Assembly (NCBI GenBank): GCA_963664225.1
Contig: OY760937.1
Coordinates: 4,512,001 to 4,576,000, forward strand
Length of the DNA: 64,000 nt
Origin: Verrucomicrobiia bacterium
GTDB lineage: Bacteria; Verrucomicrobiota; Verrucomicrobiia; Limisphaerales; UBA1319
Reading direction: 5' to 3'
Shown in pieces: positions 1 through 9,652 of this stretch. Position 1 is the stretch's first letter; every line of letters starts with the position of its first letter. Below the pieces are notes generated by a model, which made no database searches, was not told the DNA's origin, and saw only the letters and a list, made by a program, of their open reading frames with translations. A program made the position numbers and the translations under genes.

Positions 1-2
1 AG

Positions 3-347
3 GGTTACATGACCTTTGCCAAGCGCCTGGGTAAACCGCTCATGATCGGTGAGCTTGGTTTGCAGGCCAAACCGAGGACGGACAAGAAACTCTGGGAGGA
101 GACACCGAATTACTTCGAGAGTTACGACGATACGGCCGCCGCCAGGCCCTGGGTCATGAAGACGCTCAAGGACGTGATCGATGCCGAAGTGCCGCTGACC
201 TACTGGTGGTGCTACCAATCGGACCGTTCCGACGACCAGAACAACCGCCAGCGGTTCGACATCGATCGTGATCGCAATCCGGAGCTCATGGCCCTTTTCG
301 TGGAGGCCAACAAGCGCCTGAAGGCAAAAATCTTTTCAAAGCCTTGA
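3..347 (+). CDS. C-terminal part of a clan-A glycoside hydrolase (GH5-like cellulase/mannanase), truncated by the window start
   Basis: The frame is open to the left edge. KPLMIGELG resembles the clan GH-A nucleophile motif and is followed by a YWW strand. Confidence 0.6.
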   Translation, partial: GYMTFAKRLGKPLMIGELGLQAKPRTDKKLWEETPNYFESYDDTAAARPWVMKTLKDVIDAEVPLTYWWCYQSDRSDDQNNRQRFDIDRDRNPELMALFVEANKRLKAKIFSKP

Positions 348-687
348 AAAGCCGGAATTTCAGAATAATTCAATATTGGATGCGGAATGGCTGGAGTGTG
401 GATTTTTGCCTGGGACGAGGAATTGCAGTGGAACGATATTAAATCTGGAATGGCTTATGGAAACGGTTGAAGGAGCCAGCAGAGTTTGAAGGTTTGAAGT
501 TTGTGCATGTGGATATTCTGGTGGTTTAACAGAGCTTGGGAACCGGTCAAAACGCAAACGCGCCCAGCGATGGTGGCGTTGGTCTAATCAATCTGATCGT
601 AATTAATGGTTTGTATGTTGGAGCCGAATGGGCCATTCTGCCGCAAGGTGGTTCGTTGATTCGATGTTCGGAGATAGTCATGCGTTT

Positions 688-1026
688 ATGAATACAGAAC
701 AAGAGTCCCTTGCGCCAATTGTTGAAAAATCAAATGCCCCAGCCACGGTTGCCGATGAGCTAACCCGCGTCAAAATCTTTCTGGGCATTCAGGCGTTCTT
801 CCTCGTCATTTCCGTGTTTACGGGCGGCTTCAATTTTAAGTTGTGGTCGATGCTCGACACGGCGCTAATGATCCAATCGATTGGAGTCACGGCCCTCGTC
901 ATCGTTCTTGAAGATGCCAGGCACCGGAGGATTGCATTCAAGGCGGCCATTGTTCTTTACTTGCTCGCAATTCTTGATATGGGAATAAACGTATGCATCT
1001 CAGGTGTGGTTGGATGGAAATCCTAA
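688..1026 (+). CDS. small hypothetical membrane protein (about 3 TM helices)
   Basis: ORF 628..1026; ATG 688 chosen as start. Three hydrophobic segments. Confidence 0.55.
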   Translation: MNTEQESLAPIVEKSNAPATVADELTRVKIFLGIQAFFLVISVFTGGFNFKLWSMLDTALMIQSIGVTALVIVLEDARHRRIAFKAAIVLYLLAILDMGINVCISGVVGWKS

Positions 1027-1096
1027 TCTGCATGGCTCGAACTCCGAACCTGATCGGTTTCATTACATCAGTTTGAGCACAACCGAATGTCCCACT

Positions 1097-1489
1097 ATGG
1101 CAACATTTAAGTCACCTCTTTTAAACGGACTCAAAGACATCACCATGGAGGAATGGTGGAAGGATCCTTACATTGTGGTCGATGCCCTGGAACGCAAACT
1201 CGATGGACTCCCGGTCAATCGAAAAGCAAATCCGGTGCTGGATGTGGAGATTCACCAAGCGCTGCGACTCCTGCGTGCAATCGCCAGCCGGAGTTACGGC
1301 CAGATTTCGATGCTGGCGGTGCTCGATCTGCTGCTGGCGATCGATTATTTTCTGGTTCTCCAAGACAAGCACCACGACAGCCATGACAGTGGCTATGATG
1401 ATGATGAGGAGGCGTTGCAGAATGTATTCAAGAAGCACGAGGTCGAGATCGACAATTTCCGTGTTTGGTTCAACCAGCAGCGAAAATAA
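1097..1489 (+). CDS. YkvA/DUF1232-like protein
   Basis: LLAIDYFLVLQD..D....GYDDD resembles the YkvA Y-F/L-x-x-P-x-D..PD...GYLDD motif. Confidence 0.55.
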   Translation: MATFKSPLLNGLKDITMEEWWKDPYIVVDALERKLDGLPVNRKANPVLDVEIHQALRLLRAIASRSYGQISMLAVLDLLLAIDYFLVLQDKHHDSHDSGYDDDEEALQNVFKKHEVEIDNFRVWFNQQRK

Positions 1490-1517
1490 CACACGCAAGA
1501 ATCGAGCGGCTCGAATT

Positions 1518-3902
1518 ATGTCCTCCTTTTCAACCCGGCGCAAATTTTTGAAAACTGTTACGGCCATGGGAGCCTCGCTGCCCATTATGGCCCATTCCGG
1601 ATGGGCCGCATCCGACACGGTCAAGGCTTCGAGCCAAATCGAGAACGAATACTTCTCTTTGGTGTTTGATGCGTCCACCGGACGGTTGAGCTCCTGGCGA
1701 AAAGGGAGCGGCAGGCTTCTGGATGGGGTGGTCGCACGCGCCAATCTGAAGAGCGGACGGCGCAGCACTAGCGAGTCGGCCTATCGCCATGCGGTCGAAA
1801 CGGTCCAAGTGAAAGATCAGCTCGGCGTTGGTCAGCAATTAGTGGTTCACTGCGTCGATTCCAAGCAGCAATTGAATTTTGTGCTGCGCCACACTCTCTA
1901 TGAACGGCGGGACGCCATCCTGATCGAGGCCGAATGCCAGAATGTGTCCTCCGCGCCGTTGGTTTTGCTGAGCCTGGAGCCACTTTGTGCGATTCGGGAA
2001 GAGCAGGGCGGGCTTTATTGGCTGGGGGTGACCAAGGTTTTGACCAATGGCCCGATGTATTATGACCCAGGCGTGGTGGCGGACTTTGCAAAGATTGATC
2101 CAAAGGGCTTGCGGAGCTGGTGGAATGTCGGTTTCTTCCGCGGTTACGATCATTCTGGCCTTGTGTGCGGGTACGTGGAGAACAAGGTTGCGCTTGGTCA
2201 GTTGATGGTCCGTCCGGAATCCCAAGGTTCCATTTCATTGATCGCCGAATCGGTGTTTGCGAAGGAATTTGTGCTGGCCGCAGGTCAGAAGATCACCTCC
2301 AACCGACTCATGGTTAATGCCGCTCCTGATCCCTACCTCGCCCTGGAGAATTATGCCCAGGCGATGGGCGACGTGGGGCAGGCCCGTCTGCATTCGATCC
2401 TCAACGGTTGGTGCGACTGGCCTTATGCCTTCGAAGGGATCACTGAGGATGAAATGATCGCCAACGCCGAGTTTGCCGCTCGCGTTCTCAAACCTTATGG
2501 CTTCGAATACATTCAGGTCGATGAGGGTTTCCAACGGTGGCATGGAGATTGGGAGGGGAACGCCAAGTTCCCGCACGGAATGAAATGGCTGGCCGACCGC
2601 ATCCGGGCGCTCGGCCTCAAACCCGGCATCTGGCTGGCACCTTATGTCATTTCCGAACCGTCCCAGGTTTATCAGGAACATCCGGAGTGGATGCTGCGGG
2701 AACCGGATGGCAAGCTAAAGGAAGTGCTGTCCGGCGCCGGGAACACGAAACGTTTCGCGCTCGATATCACCCATCCCGGTGCGGCCGAGTGGCTCTACAA
2801 CCTCTTCGACACTGTTGCGAACAAATGGGGTTACGAATTGATCAAAATCGATTTTGTGGACTGGTCGCTGCTCTCTGCTGAGCGATACCACGATCCCAAC
2901 GTGAGCCGCGCGCAGGCCTATCGAAAAGGCGTTGAAATCATGCGCCGAGCCATCGGACCCCGATGCCACCTGCTAGACTGCGGTCCGGGTCCGGTCTCTG
3001 TGGGCATGCTCGATAGCATGAGGATCGAACTGGACCAGCCGCCGGTGAACTGGAACCAGTATTTCCTGCAATCCGCCAGCACCGCTCCCGCCGCCGCCAA
3101 GCGCTATTACTTTCACAAACGAACCTGGATCAACGATGCCGACCATGTGTGTCTCGGGCTGTTGACGATTCCGCAGGCGCAGGCCGCCACCAGCCTGATC
3201 GCCCTGACAGGAGGCAATCTGATGGCGGGTGATCGGCTGCCAGACCTTGATGTCGCCCGGTTGGACATTTTAAAGAAAATATTTCCCTCTTACGGTGAAG
3301 CGGCGCGTCCGGTGGACTTGTTCGACTCGGATCGCCCATCCATCTTCGCGCTCAAGATTCAAAAGCCTTTTGGCACCTGGACCGTGGCGGGCTTCTTCAA
3401 CGCAAGCGAGACCGAATCCGTGGAACGGACGATTCCATTGAGCCGTCTTTGGCTTGATCCGGGCAAAACTCACCTTGCTTTCGACTTTTGGCAGCAGCGT
3501 TTGCTGGGGGAATTTACCGGCGAACTGCGGGTTAAGGTGGCTCCCGCCAGCGTCACACTCCTGGCGCTGCATGAAAAACAAGGTATTCCCCAGGTGCTCT
3601 CGACAGATCGGCATGTCCTGCAAGGGGCTTTGGAATTGGAAAATGTGGTCTGGAATGCCCCGGCCAAGATCCTGGAGGGTGTTTCCCTGGGGCCGGAACA
3701 AACGGCTCATAACGTCTCCGTTTATATCCCGGAAGCTCACCCCTGGTTTCAAGGCGGACCATTCCTCTTCCACGATTTCCCAGGTTACACCGTGAAAATG
3801 ATGGACGAACATATCCTCCGCATCCGTGTCCGCTTTGACAACACGAAGCGCGTTCCGTGGCGAGTCGATCTTAATCAGTTGTTCGCGAAACGAGAAGCGT
3901 GA
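1518..3902 (+). CDS. Tat-exported alpha-galactosidase (GH36/GH27, clan D)
   Basis: Tat signal STRRKFLK. Motifs GWCDW, IQVDEGFQ, KFPHGMK, GIWLAP, IKIDF (nucleophile), MRIELD and INDAD. Confidence 0.85.
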   Translation: MSSFSTRRKFLKTVTAMGASLPIMAHSGWAASDTVKASSQIENEYFSLVFDASTGRLSSWRKGSGRLLDGVVARANLKSGRRSTSESAYRHAVETVQVKDQLGVGQQLVVHCVDSKQQLNFVLRHTLYERRDAILIEAECQNVSSAPLVLLSLEPLCAIREEQGGLYWLGVTKVLTNGPMYYDPGVVADFAKIDPKGLRSWWNVGFFRGYDHSGLVCGYVENKVALGQLMVRPESQGSISLIAESVFAKEFVLAAGQKITSNRLMVNAAPDPYLALENYAQAMGDVGQARLHSILNGWCDWPYAFEGITEDEMIANAEFAARVLKPYGFEYIQVDEGFQRWHGDWEGNAKFPHGMKWLADRIRALGLKPGIWLAPYVISEPSQVYQEHPEWMLREPDGKLKEVLSGAGNTKRFALDITHPGAAEWLYNLFDTVANKWGYELIKIDFVDWSLLSAERYHDPNVSRAQAYRKGVEIMRRAIGPRCHLLDCGPGPVSVGMLDSMRIELDQPPVNWNQYFLQSASTAPAAAKRYYFHKRTWINDADHVCLGLLTIPQAQAATSLIALTGGNLMAGDRLPDLDVARLDILKKIFPSYGEAARPVDLFDSDRPSIFALKIQKPFGTWTVAGFFNASETESVERTIPLSRLWLDPGKTHLAFDFWQQRLLGEFTGELRVKVAPASVTLLALHEKQGIPQVLSTDRHVLQGALELENVVWNAPAKILEGVSLGPEQTAHNVSVYIPEAHPWFQGGPFLFHDFPGYTVKMMDEHILRIRVRFDNTKRVPWRVDLNQLFAKREA

Positions 3903-4043
3903 GGAGCCACGAATGCTCCAGGTTCCGACGCACGGGCGGCTAAAGGAAACGCACAACGATATTGATGCGTTCGTTCAACCAACGGCTATTACTGTCGATA
4001 TCCCAAGTCAAAAACGAAACGAAAACATGGGATTGCCAAGCCT

Positions 4044-5252
4044 TCAATGGTGCCGCTTCACCAGAGCGGCCAATCGGGCAATGCCTGACTCGATGGCCTC
4101 AGGACGCGCATTGGAAAAATTCAAGCGCAACGTGCTGGCACCCTCGCCATTGAGGTGAAATTCCTCTCCAGGAACAAAAGCGACCTTTTGCTCCAAGGCA
4201 TGAGGCAGGAGGTGGGTCGCATTGATTTCCGGCGGGAGAGTCATCAGAAGGAACATCCCCCCTTGCGGCTGGGTCCAGGTAGCCAGCCCCGAAAAATGCC
4301 GTTGCAACGATGCGATCATCACATCACGGCGCTGACGATAGGTGCGACAGAGCAGCGGCACGAATTCTTCCAAGAAGCCATTCTGGACTAATTCCCACAC
4401 GATATATTGGTTCAATGATCCGGTATGCAGGTCAGCGGCTTGTTTGGCTTGGACCAGTTTTTCGATGACCGGCCGGGCCGCAGCCACCCAACCCACCCGA
4501 AGACCTGGCATGAGAATCTTGGAAAAGCTCCCCACCCGGATTACCTGGCTCTCCAGACCGGTTCCGGGCTCGATCGCTGCATCCAATTCGAAGAGCGAGG
4601 GCAAGGACTCTCCATCGTAGCGCAACTGGCCATACGGATCGTCCTCAACGGCCACGACGTTATTGGCTTTGAGCCATGCGACCAATTCGTGGCGACGGCT
4701 ACGACTCAGAGTGGTGCCCTGGGGATTTTGAAAGTTGGGCACGAGATACAAAAGTTTGGGTCGTTTATTCAAAACCAGCTCATCCAAGCCGTCGAGACGC
4801 ATGCCAGACTGATCCGAACCGGCGCTGACAAATTCAACTCCCAATGGCCGCCAGGCCGAAAGCAGGGCAAGGTAGGTGGGATTCTCCACCAGAACACGGT
4901 CACCGGCATCCAACATCACCCGGCCAATCAGGTCCAAAGCCTGTTGGGCGCCACTGGTCACAAGCACATTTTCAGGATGAACAGAGAGGTGTGGACTGCT
5001 CAACCGGCGGGCAATCCATTCTCGCAAGCCAGCCAATCCCTCGGTTTCAGCGTATTGGAGGCTTTGGCCGCCCACACGCTTGAACACTGCCTCAACGGCC
5101 GCTTGAACCTGTGGTATTGGAAAGAGATCGGCAGCAGGCAACCCGCCGGCAAAGGAGATGATGTCCGGCCGGCTGGTCACTTTAAGTATCTCCCGCACAG
5201 CCGAGCGTTTCATCTGGGTTGTGCGGCGCGCAAAGCATTGGTTCCAATTCAT
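4044..5252 (-). CDS. PLP-dependent aminotransferase class I/II (LysN/ARO8-like)
   Basis: ISFAGGLP, NFQNPQG, EDDPYG, GSFSKILMPGLRVGW (PLP lysine), RLNFS. Start placed at MNWNQ. Confidence 0.92.
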   Translation of the reverse strand: MNWNQCFARRTTQMKRSAVREILKVTSRPDIISFAGGLPAADLFPIPQVQAAVEAVFKRVGGQSLQYAETEGLAGLREWIARRLSSPHLSVHPENVLVTSGAQQALDLIGRVMLDAGDRVLVENPTYLALLSAWRPLGVEFVSAGSDQSGMRLDGLDELVLNKRPKLLYLVPNFQNPQGTTLSRSRRHELVAWLKANNVVAVEDDPYGQLRYDGESLPSLFELDAAIEPGTGLESQVIRVGSFSKILMPGLRVGWVAAARPVIEKLVQAKQAADLHTGSLNQYIVWELVQNGFLEEFVPLLCRTYRQRRDVMIASLQRHFSGLATWTQPQGGMFLLMTLPPEINATHLLPHALEQKVAFVPGEEFHLNGEGASTLRLNFSNARPEAIESGIARLAALVKRHH

Positions 5253-5383
5253 ACGAGTTAACGGGATCCGCTTCGGCGCGGGCATTCTCAAACTTCAGCG
5301 ATTTGCCCGAATCGAATCAAGCGGCAGTCAAAAGATTACTGACGCCACCGCCAATGGGCCAATACTTCAATGTTCCAGTGGCA

Positions 5384-5398
5384 ATGCCTTTCGGGTAT
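5384..5398. promoter_or_regulatory. putative LysR recognition site (T-N11-A dyad ATGCC-N5-GGTAT)
   Basis: Imperfect dyad just upstream of the LysR start codon in the divergent intergenic region. Confidence 0.5.
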
Positions 5399-5408
5399 GG
5401 TGTCGGGC

Positions 5409-6287
5409 ATGGAATTGCGGCATTTGCGTTATTTTGTCTGCGTGGCCGAGGAGTTGAATTTCACCCAGGCCGCCCGGAGGTTGCGTGTGGCCCAGCCTGC
5501 GTTGAGCCGCCAGGTGCGCCAGCTTGAAACTGAATTGGGAGTCCAACTTTTGGAACGGGATTCGCACGGGGTGCGTTTGACGGAGGCTGGGCGCGCATTT
5601 CGGATTGAAGCCAGCGCGATACTTGCACAAAGCGAACGGGCGGTACGGGTGGCCCGGCAAACCGGAAAACTCGACTCCAACCCATTACGTCTGGGGTATG
5701 TTTGGGGTTTGTTCCATTCGCTGGTTCCGCCATTGATCGAACAGTTCCGACGGCAAGCCCCCTTGACGCCGGTTCATCTGTTCGACCTGGCTCCGTCGGA
5801 ACAATCGCGGCAGCTTTTGGCCGGGGAGTTGGATGCCGGTTTTATCGGCTTCGCACAGGAGGCTGACGAGGCGGGTCTGCACAAACGCAAGATTACCTCC
5901 TGCGAATTCGTCGCGGCGCTGCCCAAAGGCCATCACGCCGCCCGCAAGTCAACAGTGGAACTAAGCAGCCTCGCGAACGATTTCTTCCTGGGCATCTCGG
6001 AGCAAACGTACCCAGATGCGTCACATCATGTGCAGGAAGCCTGCCGCCGGGCCGGTTTTCGCCCCAAGGTGCTCCAGATGGTCGAACGCGGCTTCACTAT
6101 TCTGGGCCTGGTGGCCGGGGGAGGCGGGGTGGCCATTCTGCCCAAGTCGCTCAAAGCCATGCCTCACTCTGGAGTCGTATTCAGGCCGCTGACCGATCCG
6201 CCGGTAGCGGATTTGTTCCTGGCGTGGAAAGTGCAAACACCGTCGCCGCTTCTTGAGGAGTTTCTCAAAGTGCTTCCCGCTGTATGA
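5409..6287 (+). CDS. LysR-family transcriptional regulator, divergent from the aminotransferase
   Basis: MELRHLRYFVCVAEELNFTQAARRLRVAQPALSRQVRQLE HTH plus substrate-binding domain. Confidence 0.95.
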   Translation: MELRHLRYFVCVAEELNFTQAARRLRVAQPALSRQVRQLETELGVQLLERDSHGVRLTEAGRAFRIEASAILAQSERAVRVARQTGKLDSNPLRLGYVWGLFHSLVPPLIEQFRRQAPLTPVHLFDLAPSEQSRQLLAGELDAGFIGFAQEADEAGLHKRKITSCEFVAALPKGHHAARKSTVELSSLANDFFLGISEQTYPDASHHVQEACRRAGFRPKVLQMVERGFTILGLVAGGGGVAILPKSLKAMPHSGVVFRPLTDPPVADLFLAWKVQTPSPLLEEFLKVLPAV

Positions 6288-6512
6288 ACCGTTGGGAATC
6301 GCGTCTGAGATCTAACGATTGGCGCATTCCAAAGAATTCCATGATGTGGAGGGACAACCCCAGACGCGCAGCAGCTTGCGACCAGCATGCGGCCTTGCCC
6401 AGCATCACCATGCGCCCGATCAACCAGGTGCAATAGTTTTCAAATTACCGAACCAAGCGATGTTGACGCTTTCCTTTTCCAAAGGAACCAGACGCCACTT
6501 GGGCGCTTACGC

Positions 6513-8465
6513 CTATGGGATGGCCACTATCCGGTAATACCGACGAGGCTGAGTCCCATCGGACACGTTAACGCTGGTGTCCATCCAGAGCTGAACCGGC
6601 TGGGTCAAGGTGATGTTTGTGAGAGTGGTCCAGGTGTTCGTTGCTGACACGTCGGTCGTGAATTGTATTCCGAAGTTCCTGCCGACTGTGCCTTCGATGG
6701 TCAAACCCGGATACATGCCGAGTGCAATGCCCGCGGGATTCACCACGAGCAGGGTTGGGGTGCTGGTAATGCTTCCAAAGTTGTTGCTGACTTTGACCTG
6801 GTAGGTGCCGGCGTCATAGAGTTCCAGACTCGGGATTGTCAGCGTGGCATTCGTGCCCCATGAAATCGGAAATTCATTAAAGTACCATTGATAGAATAGA
6901 GGCGAGGCTCCCTTGACCGTCACCTGCATGGAAGCGCTCTTCCCCCAATATCCGACCTGCCCGCTCGGTTGGGTCACGATAGTCGGGGGCGTCTCATCAC
7001 TAAGGGCCGCAATTTGGAGTCCGTTGAGATGACTGTAGCCTGCAAGACCACCATAGGCTCTAATGTTCAGCGGGGCGGCGCCGTTGGTTATGACGATATT
7101 GTGGAAGACGACGTACTGCGATCCCTCGACCCAATTAGTCAGGGCATAGCTGGCGTCAGTAGTGGTTGATTGGTACCCATAATCATGACCCCCCACCAGC
7201 AACTGGAAGATGGTGTTTGCATTAGCCGACCCGCCGTGGCCATAGAGATACACATCATAGCGCCCGCTGGACAGGTTGGTCACTGTCACGTCGATGGGGC
7301 CGGTCACGGTGTAGCAGTAGGTGCTGTACATTAGGTCTGGATGCGCAAAGTTCCAGTGGCCTGGACCGTTCTGGACAGTCAATCCCACGGAGGTTGTGGT
7401 TCCATCGGCTGTCTGCAGGTTTGTCACGCCCGCCAAAGTTGCATAAGGAGCCGTATAATTATTCCACAGGTCATTGGCGCTCTGCCCTGTGGCGGCATAT
7501 CCCACTTTTGCCAAATCATAAGCTGCGAAGTTAACGTTGAACAAGGTCAGCGGCTGGGACGGAGATACGATTAGAACAGCGTTGGAACTGGTTGTAGATC
7601 CGGAAGCATTAGAAACCACCACTGAATAACTCCCCGCATCGGCGAGTTGGGCATTGGTGAGCACCAGTGAAGAGCTGATGGCTCCGGTCAGCGCCGTCCC
7701 GTTCCGCAACCATTGATATTGGAGGGGCGGAGCACCCGTCGCGCTCACTGCAAACGTTGCGGCCTCGCCGACCAGCACAGTCCGGTTCGTGGGTTGCTCC
7801 AGAATCATGGGGGAAGCAGCCAAGGCCATCTGCAATCCGTTGAGGTGTGCGTCACCGGAGAGACCCGGGTGGGCTTTGACGGTGAGCGGTGCGCCGCCGT
7901 TGGTCACGGCCACATTCCGAAATACCACATATTGTGCTCCTTCAACAAAGTTGGTAAGGGCATAGCTTGCATTGGTGGTGGTGGGTTGAATCCCGTAATC
8001 GTAGCCATCGACCAGTACCTGAAAGAGGGTGTTTGCTTCGTTGGCTCCACCATGCCCGTATAGATATATATCCCATTTTCCGGACGGTAAATTTGTAACC
8101 GTCATCGTGATGTCTCCTTGGTCTTGGGAATAGCAATAGGTGCTGTACATCAAATCAGGATGCGAAAAATTCCAGTGGCCGGCGCCATTGTGAACGGTCA
8201 GTCCAATGGACGTGCCCGTTCCGGCAGCCGTTCTTAAATTGCTCAATCCAGCCAGTGCCTGATACGGGGCGGTGTAAGTGTTCCAGAAATCGTTCGCGCC
8301 CTGACCGGTGCCGGCAAAACCGGTCTTCACCAGATCATAAGCCGCGAAGTTCACGTTTACCAAAGTTTGTGCATGGGAGGACGACAGAGTGAGGATCAGC
8401 AAACTCGCAACCATTGCCACACGGAAGAACAACGAAGGCTGAATTTTATCTCCAAGGGTTCGCAT
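6513..8465 (-). CDS. secreted protein: two copies of [beta-sandwich domain + Ig I-set domain] and a C-terminal RYYR domain
   Basis: Signal peptide ending SHA-Q. Duplicated NVNFAAYDL..G..NDxWN module. Ig motifs YQW...DAGSYSV and YQW...DAGTYQV. Confidence 0.85.
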   Translation of the reverse strand: MRTLGDKIQPSLFFRVAMVASLLILTLSSSHAQTLVNVNFAAYDLVKTGFAGTGQGANDFWNTYTAPYQALAGLSNLRTAAGTGTSIGLTVHNGAGHWNFSHPDLMYSTYCYSQDQGDITMTVTNLPSGKWDIYLYGHGGANEANTLFQVLVDGYDYGIQPTTTNASYALTNFVEGAQYVVFRNVAVTNGGAPLTVKAHPGLSGDAHLNGLQMALAASPMILEQPTNRTVLVGEAATFAVSATGAPPLQYQWLRNGTALTGAISSSLVLTNAQLADAGSYSVVVSNASGSTTSSNAVLIVSPSQPLTLFNVNFAAYDLAKVGYAATGQSANDLWNNYTAPYATLAGVTNLQTADGTTTSVGLTVQNGPGHWNFAHPDLMYSTYCYTVTGPIDVTVTNLSSGRYDVYLYGHGGSANANTIFQLLVGGHDYGYQSTTTDASYALTNWVEGSQYVVFHNIVITNGAAPLNIRAYGGLAGYSHLNGLQIAALSDETPPTIVTQPSGQVGYWGKSASMQVTVKGASPLFYQWYFNEFPISWGTNATLTIPSLELYDAGTYQVKVSNNFGSITSTPTLLVVNPAGIALGMYPGLTIEGTVGRNFGIQFTTDVSATNTWTTLTNITLTQPVQLWMDTSVNVSDGTQPRRYYRIVAIP

Positions 8466-8519
8466 AATATCGCTTTCTTGTGATGACGGCGCTCCGAACT
8501 GACTATTTTATAACGAAGG

Positions 8520-8551
8520 CGTCATTATGACGAAGTAGCGAAAGACGTCAA
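8520..8551 (-). promoter_or_regulatory. putative sigma70 promoter (TTGACG-16 bp-CATAAT) with palindrome CGTCAT-T-ATGACG over the -10 box
   Basis: Minus strand, about 55 bp upstream of the 8465 start. Perfect 6-1-6 dyad at 8520-8532. Confidence 0.45.
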
Positions 8552-8645
8552 CGAATAACTGAAAAAACTTGCGTTATTGCTGCCTTCAGTTCCAGGGAAC
8601 ATCAGTCGTTGTAAAAACGAATTGCCTCCGGGTTAAATCGACTGG

Positions 8646-8921
8646 TTAGCTCGATTTGTCGGCGAGATGCGCGCTGACCGCCTGGGCAATGGTGGAGACG
8701 TTTTGGAGGATCTGACGGGCGATTTCCGGACTGGGGATCTTGAGGCCGTAGGTTTTATCGAGTGCGACAACCAATTGCAGGGCGTCCACCGAGTCCAAAC
8801 CCAGGCTTCCCGGACCAAACAGGAGTTGTTCGTCGCCGATTTCGTCGTCGGTCACCTGCAGCATGAGGTTTTCCACCATCATACGCTTGATTTGCCGCTT
8901 ATAATCCAATTCCGTTTCCAT
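8646..8921 (-). CDS. acyl carrier protein (cluster-specific)
   Basis: Acidic 91 aa protein with the phosphopantetheine motif LGLDSVDAL. Confidence 0.93.
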   Translation of the reverse strand: METELDYKRQIKRMMVENLMLQVTDDEIGDEQLLFGPGSLGLDSVDALQLVVALDKTYGLKIPSPEIARQILQNVSTIAQAVSAHLADKSS

Positions 8922-9652
8922 CAGAGAATTCCACCGTCAATTTTCAGAACTGAGCCTGTGATATAGCCCGCTTCATCACAAGCCAAAAAGCGGATGGCTG
9001 CGGCGATTTCTTCGGGTTTGCCGAACCGCCGCATGGGAATGCGCGATTGCAGGGACTGACGCTCCGGGCCGGTCATTTTCGAGAGCACGTCCGTTTCGAT
9101 GTATCCTGGGCAGAGGGCGTTGACGGTGATTCCAATGCGGGCCATTTCCTTGGCCAGGGATTGGGTCAAAGCCACAACACCGGCCTTTGCGGCGGCATAG
9201 TTGGTCTGGCCTGCCGGTGGAAGCAGCGCGCTCAGGGAAGAGATGTTGATGATCCGGCCTTTGCGCTGGCTGATCATGGCGGGTAACACCGCCTGGCAAC
9301 CGTAAAAAACACCGTTGAGATTTGTGTCCAAAACCTGCCGCCAACTCGCTGGGGTCATGGTGCCCAGGAGCGCGTCATCGTGCGTCCCGGCATTGTTCAC
9401 CAGCACATCCACACGCGTGTCTGCGTCGAGTAATGCATCAACGGCGCCCTTCCATGCCTCTGGAGAGGTCACGTCCAGCGGCACGCATCGGCATCGGCCC
9501 GGATACTCGCGAGTCAGTTGATCCGCGCGTTCCCGCCGGGAACGGACGGCAAGCCAGATGGAGTTCTCCGGGCGCTCCGCAAGGAACGCCTTTGCGACTG
9601 CAATGCCCAGTCCGCCGTTGGCACCGGTAATTAAAATGACGCGTTTATTCAT
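8921..9652 (-). CDS. fabG: 3-oxoacyl-ACP reductase (FabG/ApeQ-like SDR)
   Basis: TGANGGLG, NNAG, GQTNYAAAK (YxxxK), PGYIET, GSVLKIDGG. Confidence 0.92.
   Translation of the reverse strand: MNKRVILITGANGGLGIAVAKAFLAERPENSIWLAVRSRRERADQLTREYPGRCRCVPLDVTSPEAWKGAVDALLDADTRVDVLVNNAGTHDDALLGTMTPASWRQVLDTNLNGVFYGCQAVLPAMISQRKGRIINISSLSALLPPAGQTNYAAAKAGVVALTQSLAKEMARIGITVNALCPGYIETDVLSKMTGPERQSLQSRIPMRRFGKPEEIAAAIRFLACDEAGYITGSVLKIDGGIL

Noticed and set aside
560..687. attC-like site (GTTCGG) before the small membrane gene at 688
   Set aside because: No convincing complementary left arm or hairpin.
1173..1517. N-terminal extensions given by the ORF track (alpha-galactosidase from 1173; likewise deoC from 25972, TrmH from 50555, galT from 46382, mlaE to 55867, rSAM to 13386)
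   Set aside because: They overlap neighbouring genes or precede the family N-terminus or signal peptide. Downstream starts fit better.
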